DNA of 64,000 nt from Camelus ferus (Eukaryota), in contig NC_045698.1 of assembly GCF_009834535.1 (NCBI RefSeq), forward strand, positions 14,448,001 to 14,512,000. Reading direction: 5' to 3'. How positions within the stretch are numbered: position 1 is the stretch's first letter; the number at the start of each line of letters is the position of its first letter. This document shows positions 50,901-64,000 of this stretch, piece after piece. The notes under the pieces are model-generated. The model made no database searches and was not told the origin of the DNA. It saw only the letters and a list, made by a program, of their open reading frames with translations. Made by a program: the position numbers and the translations under genes.

Positions 50901-52679
50901 GAATTTTAGACATATAGAAAAGATCTAAAAATACTTACTCAGATTTGAACTGAAGGATAAAACTATGCCTCACTCTCTAAATGTGCCTCTGATTCTAATA
51001 TTCCATTACTTTTCTGTTTATTATGTTTCAAAAATAATCTTAACACTTTTCTGCTTTTATTAGAGCCCTAAATATTTTTAAGTACTGTAAATATCCTAAA
51101 CATATGCAAATATTAAAAACTCATAGCCTCAGAATTTTGCTGATGTTTACAATGTTTAGATACTTGGATTTTGAACTCAAATAACATACTATTAAACACA
51201 CATATTCACAGGCAGGCATACACACATATTGAATTATTATGAGCAGTTAATAGTAGAAAAAATATTCTCTAAATCTGATTGAAAATATTAGCTGATTTGA
51301 TAGCTTGAATAAATTATTCTTAACACTATAGAACAAGGATCATTCATATGAAACAAATCAGCATGATGACTTCTCTGTATCACATTTAAAATGTAATCAA
51401 ATATATCATGCATTTCTCATGCCATGGAATAATAGAAGAAAAATGACAATGGTGAAACTGACCTGAACAACATTTGTTTTTGGAAATTTATCCTTGTGCC
51501 AGCAGCTGAAGCCCGGGTAGCAGTTTGTGCATTTGATGTATAAAACGTTGCATAAGCAAGAAAGCATTTCACAAGGTCAGAAATGAAACACATCTGAAAC
51601 TGCTGTTAACATTCAGCAAAATATACTGCAGATATTGGAATCATTTTTTTTTTCTTCTATCACTGTGGCTCAGATGTCATGCAACCTACATAGAAAATGA
51701 TGGCATAAATTCCATTTCTTTAAGAATGTACTTTGCAATATAAAAAGAATGAACTGTTACCAGCTCAGATGCAGAATTTCACTGCATTGCATCTTCTCAG
51801 ATGACTTAAATCTTTAACTCTAACAGAAATCATTTCCAAAAATTGAAGCGCGTCTGTGAAAGTGAATGTACAAGTTAAAAATATGGTGATGAAGGGTGAG
51901 TTGAAATCAAACTGCTTTATAGAAAACAAGTCTTTCCCTTCTAAACTGAAGATGAAAAAAAAAAAAAAACACATAACCTAATGATTCAAATTAATAGGCA
52001 CTGAGCCATTTTTTCCCCTCTGAACAGACCTTTTGTTATTCTCTTGCTAAATGTGGCATAACCCCACTCTAATTTTATGACACATAAATTAGTATATCAT
52101 GATATCAGAATAATTTGGCTACCGAGAAAGGAAACCTAAACAAATGAAAACATAAAGAGTAGTAAGAGGGAAAACGTTTAATTTTATTTTAATAAATCCT
52201 TTATTGTGACAATAAATGACACACACAGACATTCACACACACACACCCCTACAGTGTACATGCAGATGGTATATTCCTGTGTACTTAAAAAACAAATAAT
52301 ATGGATCATATTTCAGGAAAATGGAAATTTGTAAAATTTTCATGTTTTAAAATGACTACAATTAAGATTCATTTCAAAAAAATAATTCTCCACATTTCTT
52401 AAACTTAATTTTACTTTTTCAGAAATGACCCAATTTTTCTCATATTTAACTAGACTTGTTTTTAAAATTGTGACGCTATTTTTCACATTATAATGAGAAT
52501 CCCATTGAATATCTTGCCATGATACCTGTGTCGTGTCAAATTTTCTCAACATTTTATCTGATCAGTGGCATCAGATCATGTCTGCAATTAATTGATCTCT
52601 TTCCTATTCCTAATATTCATTTTTGGCTAATTGCTCTTCTGCACTAAATCTGTATTTCAGAATCCAATATCTGTATATT

Positions 52680-52860
52680 AACCCATTTAATATTCTCAAC
52701 AATCCTTGTTTCTATCTTACAAATGATAATTATGAGATGAAAATCATAAGTTCGTGATGAGATGTTAACTCACTCCCTCACTGATATACAGTAAGTAGTA
52801 ATTTTTGAGCTAAACCTGAGTTAGAGAAGTCTGGCTCCAAAAGCTCTGTTCTTTGCAGCT
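52680..52860 (-). mobile_element. MIR
   Basis: 'catttaatattctcaacaatcctt...tatcttacaaatga...gatgttaactcactc...gtctggctccaaaagctctgttctt'. Confidence 0.55.
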
Positions 52861-53019
52861 ACAAGTATTGTCACTATATTTGTGACACTGGCAGTTCAGC
52901 ATGTCTTGTGGCCACTTTGATCCACATAAAAGTTCATGAGCACCTATTATGTCTATGAATTTAAATGCCCACTAAACTAGGTGATAATCTATGAATTTAG
53001 TACCAACTTTGGGACTTTC

Positions 53020-53175
53020 TAATCATAGGACCACAGTCCACATCTTTGTCTCTATGAATCTCAGCATTCTTATTTGTGAAATGAGCATCAAAATACCTAA
53101 CTTGTTAAGCCCACTAGTTTGTAGTAACATCAAATGAGATTTAGAAGAAAATATATTTATAAAATTGTGCTAGCA
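53020..53175 (+). mobile_element. MIR fragment
   Basis: 'tctctatgaatctcagcattcttatttgtgaaatgagcatcaaaatacctaac...atcaaatgagat'. Confidence 0.6.
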
Positions 53176-53556
53176 GCAGTGGTGGTTCAATCAAAGAAGA
53201 CTCTACAGACCAGATACACGTTAACCTATAGATTCAATAAAAATACAACAATGAGCAGGGACATCAGCGAGGAAAAGGCAATGCATTTAAAAGGAGTGGG
53301 CAAAAAGGAGTCTGAAGAAAGGACTACTTAGATAGCTGTTTCTATTTTCATATCCTCATCACCTAACTCTGTTGTTAATATTACCACTATAACCATAAGA
53401 CTATTGGAATAGACAAATCTAATTCTGAAACTTTAAAGATGATAAAAAAAAAAAGATAACATAATTACACAAAGGGACTTCAGGCATCCTGCCTTGACCA
53501 TTCCCTAAAGACAGGAAATAACCTTTTCTTTTTTCTCTCTCAACTACATTCTACCC

Positions 53557-53728
53557 CAGTGGTACTCAGAATTATCCTGTTGAAGCAGAAGCACCTGTGA
53601 GCATGTCAGGATGCCATGAACCCTACCTTGATTTACTGAATCAAAACCTGTGGGGATGAGTCCAAGTTAACGATGTTAACAAGGTCTTTCAGGGAACTTT
53701 CATACACATTAATGTTTGAAAATGACTG
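53557..53728. mobile_element. MER5-like hAT MITE
   Basis: Termini 'cagtggtactca' and 'tttgaaaatgactg'; internal 'cagaagcacctg...tactgaatcaaaacctgtggggatgagtcca...ttaacaag'. Confidence 0.7.
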
Positions 53729-53867
53729 CTCAACACACAGGCCTAACACCAAAGGAACCATGCTTTTCATGCAGTAGAATCAGTAGTCATGCAGTGCAGG
53801 CAGGGTGCATGTAGCTCTCCAGCCAGACATGTGTATGAAGATCCAAGGTGGGGAGAGCAGACATGGC

Positions 53868-55010
53868 CACATTTATTCAACAGATATTCAAAGGTCTGCT
53901 CTAGACATGGACCTGGGCTGAGTGCTGGGGTCACAAAAGAGAGTGTAGCATAAGCTCTGCCTTTGCCTATCTCAAGAAATTAATAGTGATAACACAGGTT
54001 CCCAAATCAAGATACCTCCTCAAACCTGGAGGGATTAAAATAAACCCCAAGAAGGTGATAACTGAGCATGATCTTGACAAGCATGCCAGCTGTAAGAGAC
54101 AATCTAGTGATTAATGTTTGACTGGACAGGCAGCCCAAGCAGAGATAACACATCCAAAGTCATGACAGTATGAGGAAGTCTGGCTAATTTGGAAAACTAT
54201 CAGTAGTAGTTCCATAGGCAAAAACGAAAAAGCAGATGCAAAAGTTGTGATAGAGGAACTGGAGGTGTGGAATCAGAACTGCGCTGTGTTGTTCGTCATT
54301 CTGTGAAATGGACTTGATTCAGTGTCACTTATGAGAGCCACTGAGAAATTTCAAAAAGAGTGGCAATGTGCTAAGATTCTAGTTTCAGGAGCAGAATGTA
54401 GGATGGATTAGAGGGCAAGACTTGAATGCAACGGGTCCAATTAAGATGATATTGAAACCGACAAGAGGAATGAAAACACAGTCCTAAACTATGAAAGGAG
54501 TAGGAAAAAAGAAGGAAGTATGGTTTCCAGAGACATTTAGGTAGCCCACGAATACAATTTGTACCCTAACAGAAGGCATACTCTTGAGAGGAAACGTATT
54601 TAGTTTGGAGAATGCCAAATTCAGGTTGCTTGGGAAATAGTGAATCAGAGTTTTTAATTCAGAGGAAAAATTAGGGATTAAAGGTATTAATTTGAGAGCC
54701 ATTAGTAGGTGATAGCTGATCACATAGGAACTGATGAGAACTCTCAGATAAACTGACTACTAGGAAGAAAAAGACTGAAACAGACTGAGGAAGGAGAAAA
54801 TGAAGGAAGATAATTAAAGTGAATGAGGGATGGTCTTGAGAGTGATGATGGGTAACTAAGTATAGACAGAGTACGTGAAGTTTAAAAAAGGACTGAAAAC
54901 TGAATTGCATTTGACAATATAGAGACCACTGAAGAATCAGCAAAAAAGTCAGTTCAGCAGACCAGAAGCTGAACAAAACTTCAAAAAGTTGAGGAATAAA
55001 AGGAAATCAT
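53868..55010 (-). mobile_element. LINE-2 3' region (about 1.1 kb, diverged)
   Basis: 'catttattcaacagatatt...ctgggctgagtgctgggg', 'gagagccactgagaaatttcaaaaagagtggcaatgtgctaagatt', 'aatttgagagccattag' and 'gaattgcatttgacaatatagagaccactg' are antisense L2 landmarks. Confidence 0.75.
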
Positions 55011-55990
55011 GTGGCTGTGTAGAAAGGCAGAAATTACAAAGGACATGGATTTGTTTTGTGTTGTTTTTATTCCTTGTGAGGGAATAGCTTTTTAAAGTCT
55101 ATTTTTTTAAAGGTGGGGGAATTTTTAAATGGGTTTATTTCATGTCAAAAGGAGGTAGCAGAAAGGAAAAATGTTTCATTTCCAGAAAGAGGAAATAATT
55201 AAAGATATAAGGCAAATCATCAAAGCATCAAGTTTTGATTTTTCATGACAAGTAGGTCCCCAAAGCAAAACAGTCCAAAGCAATTTGTCAAGGCATCCAT
55301 CCATTGATCCCAAGCTGCTTGTATATTATTTATTTTACCACAGGGCAAATTCTTATGTTTTGAACATCTCCTCCGGCCCTCCAGGCTGTTCCAGTCCTAC
55401 TGCTAACTCGGATTCGCCTCAGTGATGTGACTTCCACTTTCTTGTCATTTCTTGCATAAACTCCTCTTTGTCATGTCATCATTTCCAATCTTTATAACTC
55501 TTTAATTCAGTTACTCTCTGAAGACCTCAAATGCCCTCTTCAGCTGAAATATACTGAGCCCAGTATTGAACCTTCTGCAAAGGTTGGAATTAGGAGGCCG
55601 ACTGATGTAGAAATTATATCAGAACATGGATAGAGGCATTGGCTTTTGGCAGAAAATTAGAGGTTTTGTGTTTGTCTTCATTTAAGTTAGTTGTGAACAT
55701 GAGAGAGAAGAATAAATGTGGACAAACTGAAAGGCAGTAAATTCTCACCTGACACTTCAATTCCTGAGACTGGGAAACAATGTTGCTGCTAAATGTAATT
55801 GAGGAGAGAAAGTTGCTGAAATAGAGAAATAAAGGAGAGAAATGGCTCCAGTCAAAGATGGAGAGAATGATCACCAAGTGCCCAGACTGCTTTATTAAAG
55901 TGGCGGTGGAATTATCTCCAATTTAATTTGCCATTATTTTTGAAAGGGCTGTATGTCATGGTTGTAGATGCTGGCGTGGCCAAGGGCAGT

Positions 55991-56463
55991 TATAATAGTT
56001 TCCTAAGGCCGCCATGACAAAGAGCTACAAACTGGATGGCTTAAAACAACAGACATTTTATTGTCTCGGAGTTCTGGAGCCTCTAAGTCTGAAATCAAAC
56101 TGTCAGAGGATCATGCTTCTCAGAAGCTTCTGGGGAAGAATGTACCCCATGCCTTGCTCTTAGCCCCTGGTGCTGCTGGCAGCTCTCGGAATTCCTTGTC
56201 TTGTAGGAGCATCACTCCATTCTCTGCCTTCATCATCATGTGACATTCTCCCTGTCCGTCTTCACAGCATCTTTCTCTTGTGTGTGTCTCATCTTTTTTT
56301 TTTATAAGGATATCAGCCATATTGTATTAGGCATGCTCTATGACCTCATCTAAAACAGATTACATCTGTAAAAACCCCCATTTTCAAATAAGGTAACATT
56401 CACAGGTACTGGGGGTTAAGACTTCAGCATATCCTTTCAGGGGACGCAGTGCAACCTAGGGCA
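55991..56463 (-). mobile_element. MaLR solo LTR (MLT1C-like)
   Basis: 'tagtttcctaaggccgccatgacaaagagctacaaactggatggcttaaaacaacagacattt...ttataaggatatcagccatattg...caaataaggtaacattcacaggtactgggggttaagacttcagcatatc'. About 470 bp. Confidence 0.92.
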
Positions 56464-59145
56464 GCTGAAATGATTAAGCCAGAGCCGTGCAAGGTGGTGG
56501 CAGGAAGGGTGCAGATAAAGATGTAAAAAGAAAGCAGTCGCTGAAGAATATCTGAAGACACATATCAGTGGGTTAATAAGGAAGAGATGTGTGCTGAATG
56601 AAGAAAGGAGAATAATACAATATTCAGAGATAAGAGAGAAAAGAATTGTACAACATAGGAAATAAATTGAATGAGCAAAAATCAGGGTAATTATGTTTCC
56701 TGTGGGGTGTTTGAAATTTAAGTTTCCATGGGAAAAAAATTAATACATTATTCAAAGAGAGAGTAATAAATAAAATTTAAAAGACAACTGTCTTATTGAT
56801 CAATTTTAGAAAAATATTTGAGCTATCTAAGTAAATGAATGAAAATGGTAGTAAATACTGCTTTTGAGCATGACTAAACTTTTTGGAATAATTAACTTAT
56901 ATAAACCACTTCTTTTGATGGATTTTATATTAGGCAAATATTATATTATAAAATCTGAAGCTCAATATAGAAAAATCACAGGACATCAAAATCGAAAACA
57001 ATTAATAGGATAGAAATCATTTTCAGTTGATTTATGCTGTCTTAAGTTAGATTAAATTTCATTAATTTACATAATTACATACTGTACACTTTTGAACCTT
57101 TTCTGTCTATTTTCCCCTAATTAAGGGCATATAATGGTCCCTCAATAGACATTTTTTAATGAATGTGTACTAATTGTTAAATAATAGCATAGGCAGTTAA
57201 TACACATTTTGAGTCATAGCAAATATCCATTGCATTAGAGGCTACTATTTACCACCTGTCATATTTTACATACATGAGTTTTTGGTTGAACAGTGTACAG
57301 TTAAGAAAGCACTTCAAGACCACTTTTGATCTTTTTATCTCCCCAAATGGCTGTTTTATCTAATAAAGAAGGAACTTTACAACCAACAGCTCATAAAAGT
57401 TATTATCAAATATTTTTCCATTTTCCTTGCACATGATTAAGCATCAAAGGTGAATTAACGTATCTTGTTTGGCCATGACAGGAAAGAAATCATGTCCAGC
57501 AACCAAGCCCTGTGTCCCACAAATACATACTATTTGCTTTTCAGTGTGGTTTGTAGGTTTTGATTTGATTTCCCCTTAAATGAGAGCTGATAAGACAGGA
57601 TACTAAGGGACAGTTTTTTTACCCTACAGCTAGGCATAATGGTGAACATTTATTTGTGTGAGATGAACTATCTCAGTAACAAGGAAAGTGGATTATTGAT
57701 CCCCCCCCCCAAAATACATACTATATCACTTAGCTTAATTTAAATAGTAATATGCAAATTATGTTGCATGTAACTTCATTTTATTTGCCCTGCTTTTTTT
57801 TCCATGCCTGTCAATCTTACCTTGTTTTAAAATTGTTTTATGTATATGTAAGCTGACCCACAGCCGTTTGAAGAATATGGCTTTAAAATTAAAGAAAATA
57901 GTGAAAGTGTTAAATATGTTTAATTCATTCCTTCTGTCTCTCAATACACAGACAGATAGATGATAGAAAATTACATAGATTTCTTTACAAAAAAAATTTA
58001 TAAGAACTACCAAGTGAGCGTACTAACAAAGTCTGTCACCTCAGTTTAGCTGTTATACATGATCAACGTGTGAAATAGTTGAAGTGAACTTTGAACTCTG
58101 TGTGTGTGGGGGGGTAATTTTACTTGATAATTTTTTTGTCAGAAGAAAAATATAATTTAAAAAAAGAAAATGATAATATTTTAGATTATCCACTAATTCA
58201 CGTTGTCAAATTTCTCCACTGTTAGGACTGAAAAATGGCACATGGATACTCTGAAATGTATGGGCATTGTAGACAATTATACCTAATTATCTTAGAACAA
58301 TAAAAATAGCATCAATAGAAACAGCAAGGTGCTTTATAATTTTATTTTGTATCACTTTGTCTATCAAATTCTAGTACCATGGACTTTCAGAACTCTGTGA
58401 GGGAGTTATAATATCAGCTTATACAAATATGATGGGAATGAACAGCAGAGATTTTGGTTGGAAGGAAGCCACAATAGACAATGAATAAAGAAAGAAAATA
58501 ATTTTAAAACACTTTTTCAGAAGATTACCAACTACATAAGGATTACAGTGTAGAGTAAATTTTGGAAAATCTCCAGACACCTCTGATATATATATTCTTT
58601 GAGAGTCACAGTAAATTACATTCTCTACATTTATAGTCATACTTGACAGGAGTAGATCAATCTGCTGACAAATTTCTATAATAGATTGTCACTAAATTCA
58701 CAGTACTCCCACTAAATGTTTTATATAGATTATAATATTACTAAATTATTGTAAAATCAAAGCTGCATCTATGACCTTAAATCAACTTCAGTATAAAATA
58801 TTATAGGTAAATTAATTTATAATTTATAATATTTGTAATACATTATTCTATAAGATATTGTGGCATCCTAAATTCACTTAAACTTTTGTATACATTTTAA
58901 GCATGTTGAACCTAGGATAAGATTCCAGAAAACATAGTCATTCTCTCCTGTTTTGAGAAAACAATAATCTCCCTAAGCTATTTAGACACTTATCATCTTG
59001 CTTAAAGATAATGAGATAAATGAATAAAGAAACTCTTCAAATTATTAACACAAACTCATAAATCTATATAAAAACAAGTTTGTTTTATGTAAGTATTCAT
59101 TATTAATCATATACATGTATAATATATATATATCTCAAAATGGAT

Positions 59146-59202
59146 AGAGACAGAGAAAGAAGGAAAGAATGAAAGAAGAAAAGAAAGAAAGAAGAAAAGA
59201 AA

Positions 59203-59257
<55 letters not shown>

Positions 59258-59272
59258 AAGAAAGAAAAAAAA
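59146..59272. repeat. (GAAA)n polypurine microsatellite
   Basis: Interrupted GAAA array. Confidence 0.95.
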
Positions 59273-59559
59273 TCAATCCATCCATTTGGATCTATTCTAT
59301 TATGTCTATTTATCTAACTTACCAGAAAGAATTTAATGCAATCTTTTAACAAGAAAAACGTAGTATACATTTACAATCTATAATACACTTTAAATAAGAA
59401 ATCATTTTAAAATATGTCAAGGAAGAAAAAAACAAAATAAAAACTGAAATAGTGTTATTTTAAGAAATTCAAAATGTGACTACACAAAATATATACTCCA
59501 TTGATTCCCACCCACCCAGTTCTATTTTGATAAATTATGGATTTAAGCATTTCTACAAA

Positions 59560-59715
59560 TTGCCACATATAATCATGACAACTTTCCTCTAAGTGCTCAC
59601 TTCCTAAGCTGACGATGCATCTAGAAAGTAAGTCATTAGCTAAGGTCGTGCTGCTGTCAAGTGGCAGAGGCTGCTTTTAAATTCAGCAAGTCTGACTCCA
59701 AAGCATAATCTCAAT
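59560..59715 (-). mobile_element. MIR
   Basis: 'agaaagtaagtcattagctaaggtcgtgctgctgtcaagtggcagaggctgcttttaaattcagcaagtctgactccaaagc'. Confidence 0.7.
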
Positions 59716-60904
59716 CAGGACAGAGGGCTTCAGACTTTTTCCTGGAGGATGACCATGACTTTAACTTTAATTTTTATTGCAATAAAAGAAACAGATTCCA
59801 TTTGATGAGCCATAGTGTCCACAGTACAAAAACAGGCCAGTGATACATCAAGACCACGAAAAGCTTTACCCTAGGAGTCTTCATAAACTGGATAAGGCAT
59901 AATATACGGTAAAGATTCTCAAAAGCAATGTCACAGTGGTTAGGATTAGTGTCCAATCACTTTTTCTTACAACAGCTTTCAGTGTAAGCAATGAATTCTA
60001 AGACAAGGAATATTTGGGAAGGTTTTGAGTTAGGAGGTGGTAATGGCTGGTGTGATTCAAATAAACACCTCTCTGGAGCTCTGGTTGAAGTCAGGATTAA
60101 TTTTACAGGAAGAAGTATAAAATAAGACAGTTCCCTTCTGACTATCCTCTAAACTAAACATTGGAAAACAATTGAGCTTCTGTAAGTTTGAAATCATTCT
60201 CCTTCTCTTTTCTCCCTATTATTCAATAATCATATGAACTAGCCAGCTGTAGAATTCTTTTATTTCCTTAGGAAAATGAAACAGAAGGGAACTTTCTCAG
60301 CTAGAAAACCAGCTTACCTCTGCAGTGAGGGGTACTGTGGGCAGGGCCAGGACTCTCCTTTAAGAAGTTTTCAAACTACCAGATAAAGGGATGTGTTCAA
60401 AAGTGTCATGATTCAGTTATACAGTGAGAGAAAAAAATCTCTCTCTCTCTCCTGTAAGATCTCTCAGTTAACTAAGTTAAAGAAAAAACAAAAAACAAAA
60501 AACCCCCCCAAAAAACTATAGAAGATTTAATCCAGAAAAAAAAGAGTTTTTTTAAGTCATACCCCATCCAATAACTGAATGACATATATTCACTTATGTA
60601 ACTGATCATACTACAAAGAATGATACAAGAAAATCCAAGATATTGACTGCTATCAAAATTAAGGATTCTAGGAGAGTCTAGAAGATTGAGATTCTAAAAG
60701 AACTGACTGATAATCCTTCCTTTGGCCAAGTTGTCTACTCAGTGAAGCAAGTTGCCTCATTCCACATAATGAACTCATCAAGAATAACATTAAGGCATTA
60801 AACTTCAAATTTAAAAGACAGCAGGGAAGTGTATGCCCATGTACTTGACTCTCAAAATACTGTTAAGATCGAAAATACTGGGAATTCAAAAATTTGAATA
60901 AATA

Positions 60905-61665
60905 ATGTCATTTAGTTAACATACATTAATTGAGTGTAAGCTCCATACCAGGCACTGTTCCAAAGATACAGCAATAATTAAAAGAGAACAAGATATCTCA
61001 TCTTACACTCTGGTGAGGAAGACAAATAAAAATATCTCAGGACAGGTAAATTATGAAGGATGACATACAGGGTGAATATACATATATAAAAGAGGAACAG
61101 GAAATGTCAGTGAAGATGCTAAGTGAGGTATGATGGATACTGAATGGACAGAGGAAGAAAGCAATTTGGATAAAGGAGTCATTTCCAGGAAGGGAACACC
61201 ATGACCAAGGGCATCTTGGATTTCCAGAAAAAAATGAGTAGTGTGGCTGGAATAGAGGGAGAGAGGTAGACAGCAGTAGGAAATGAAGTCAGAAACCTAA
61301 GAGGTGAGAGTTGGAGGAAGGCGGTGTAGAACATCACGAAACATGTAAGGTATTTTTTTCTTTTATTCTGAAATGGGAAAACTTTGGCTGTGTTTGAACA
61401 GGGCTCCAAAATGGTCTGAGGGAGGTTTAAGTGAAACATCATGACTTCTATGAACTTTCTAGGGGAGCAATGGAGAAAGCATGGAGGTCCATTAGAAGGG
61501 CAGTGCAGTACTAAAGTCAGAGATAATGATGGCTCAACTCTGGATGAAGACACTGCTGTCAAGATGTTGTCAGATTCTGGACAAACTGGATGTTGTTTGG
61601 CATCAAAACGGAGGGAGCCAGGATGATTCCAAACCATTTGGCCTGAACAACTGGAAGGGAGGGCA
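60905..61665 (-). mobile_element. LINE-2 (L2a-like) 3' region
   Basis: 'attaattgagtgtaagctccataccaggcactgttc', 'ccaggaagggaacaccatgaccaaggg', 'ttttattctgaaatgggaaaactttgg' and 'caggatgattccaaaccatttggcctgaacaactggaagg'. Confidence 0.82.
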
Positions 61666-63679
61666 AGAGCTCCTAAGTTCTTCAAGGTCCATAAATGTCA
61701 ACCCAAGGTATACATCCAAGCAAAACAACAACAATAACAATAACTAAACATGGGTTACTTCTAGCAGATTTCTCCTTAAGAAGGTATACAACATAAAAAC
61801 GTTCAAAGGTAGTGTGCTTGCACTGATTTCTTCCTATAGAACATTTCTTCCTAAACAATAACCTGGGGTCCTTAGGTTTGCAAACAGTCAAGAAGGAATA
61901 TATATTTTAGATGAAATATCTTATAGGTTAAAGGATTTTAATTCAGGAGTAGTAAATTAAAATGTGTCATCTTACAACTTGGATTTAGCCAGACAGGACT
62001 ATCCCACGTGAACTTACCAAGTGAAATAATTTTCATGACTGGCAGTTTATCATTCAGTACAATGAAGAATTTTTTTTTTAATATTTGAAGTTTGAAATTA
62101 AAAAAAAAAAAAACAACTCTGCAATATGATGTTGAAAAATATCCTGGGATCTTTTCTGTTAGGGAAGTGTAAGCCCTCATGTGGTCAACAGAGCTCCAAA
62201 TCTCCCCAGTCTCATTCACACAAGTGTTTCCAATAGAAAACTGAACATACAGAAGGATCTGAACCATCCATTTAGATGTATCATTGCCACATAGATTAAA
62301 TTATGTGCATGGATATATAATACATAAGTCCATATAATACATATATAAACATATATATATAATTATCTTGACATCAATCCTTTTCCCTCTTTCCCTGCTA
62401 GCTCTCCCCACATTAACAAGAGCAGTAAACGTTTTTCCAGCTAAGAGCTCTTGTCACACTAGGCTTTAGTAACACAATTTTTTTTAACACACTTTATAGG
62501 GAATAAGGGACAAGGACTGATTTCAAGCTACCACTGCTTATAAGAAGTGAGAGAAAGAGCAGCGTAATGTAGTCCTTAGATGCTGTATACATCCTCAAGG
62601 ACAAATGGGTCAGTCAGGCAGAATGTAAAAACTGCCTCAGACTATCTGAATTTTCACAACAGCCTAGCATCCAGGACTCACAGATAGAGCATACGATCTG
62701 CAAGATGGCTGTGCTTTTGAACTGGTGTTTGCCAAATCTACATCGGGTCCTAACATCTGACTAGTCTTAAATTTACGTCACTGTCCTACATTTATGTACT
62801 ACCATTCAACAACTCTGCTCTTCATTAAAATAAATTAATTTAAACAAGCGAAATTTTTGAACAACATGTCTTTTTTTCCCATCTCAGACATATATCCACA
62901 GAAAGAATTAGTGCTCCCATGGCGTAAGTGGAACAAATGAAAGTTAAAGTATCTACAAGATTAATCTGAGCACACATCATTCACCTTAATAAAGACAACT
63001 GGAGGAGGTGCACTGGAAGAATTTTTTTAGGGGTCTGACCAGAACAGAGGTTGAAAACACAGAAATAGGTTATTAGAGATAGGTTGATGTGGCTTTAAAA
63101 GTCTGATAAAGGACTTCCTGTTTTACTGTGTCACCTTCTATGAGCATCTTTTGAGGAGTACAAGGCTTATTTCTATACAAAAGTAAAAGCAGAGTCATTG
63201 TACAGACAGGTTTCCGAACTGGGTTGAGCACAAGGGATGTTCACATTTTCCACTGGTGTAATAGGAAAATACATTAGGACTTCAACTCATAGTCATTTCA
63301 ATTCATCCTTTTAACATTCTATTCTATTTTGGTCTATGCTATACAGATTGCATAATATGTGAGTATAGTAGTATATATGTATAATTTATTATTACAAAAT
63401 ACACATGTACTTGGAAATGGGTTAAATCTCTTGCTGATTACATGAGGCTGAGTGCAATCAAGAAGTTTTAGAGACAGTTTCTTGGAGCTGTGGCTTCCTG
63501 AAAGTCTGTCCAGACAAATGCTAATATTAGTTAAGTTTTCTCTGGTCCATAGGAAACAAGGAGTAAAGGAAAATATATAGAATATGCTTCAATGTCAAGA
63601 ACTCTCTTCTAATCTGTAATTGTGATTCTGTGGCTCTTGGGTTCAGAATTATGAGATGATGATCATAGTCTATGTCAAC

Positions 63680-64000
63680 TATATTTATACAAAGAAATAC
63701 TACTCAGCCATAAAAAAGAATAAAATAATGCCATTTGCAGCAACATGTTTGGACCTAGAAGTCATCACTTTAAGTGAAGTAAGCCAGAAAGAGAAAGAAA
63801 AATACCATATAATATCATTCATATGTGGAATCTAAAAAAATTCAAAAGCAGACACTAATGAATGCCTCTTCAAAACAGAAACAGACTTGCAGACTTTGCA
63901 AACAATCTTATGGTTACTGGGAGGAAAGGCAATGGGAAGGGATAAATTTGGAAGTTCAAGATTTGCAAATATTAACTGCTATTTATAAAAATAGATAACA
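63680..64000 (+). mobile_element. Relatively young LINE-1 3' end (artiodactyl/camelid-type), 5'-truncated, runs off the window
   Basis: 'tactactcagccataaaaaagaataaaataatgccatttgcagcaacatg...taagtgaagtaagccagaaagagaaagaaaaataccatat...caaaacagaaacagac...ttatggttactggg...gggataaatttgg' is the ORF2 end plus 3'UTR. Confidence 0.92.

Noticed and set aside
60313..60375. Possible 40-nt minus-strand exon (ttcttaaAG...GAG|GTAAGC)
   Set aside because: The acceptor is weak, the length is not frame-preserving, and the peptide is unrecognisable.
61179..61747. 168-aa ORF and overlapping ORFs
   Set aside because: They lie within a decayed L2 and resemble no protein I recognise.

Overview
AT-rich, CpG-poor mammalian nuclear DNA, either intergenic or deep inside a very large intron. 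I find no credible protein-coding gene, RNA gene or CpG island. The ORF track is mostly noise from microsatellites and decayed transposons; the only recognisable protein homology in it is a broken LINE-1 ORF2 reverse transcriptase piece at about 3.5 kb. Much of the window is interspersed repeats: several LINE-1 relics (one about 4.3 kb, collinear from 5'UTR to 3'UTR), L2 and MIR fragments, MaLR (MLT1) LTRs including two with internal sequence, DNA transposons (MER8/Tigger-type, Charlie1a-type, MER5-type) and microsatellites. Two short tRNA-derived SINEs resemble the camelid Vic-1 family, which suggests a camel, alpaca or llama genome. Repeat family names come from recalled consensus sequences, not from a search, and boundaries of old elements are approximate. 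I did not find a novel biological system. The best leads are an apparently non-canonical L1 insertion, an inverted SINE pair, a two-LTR MaLR provirus, a repeat strand bias hinting at a minus-strand host transcript, and a few repeat-free, motif-rich enhancer candidates.
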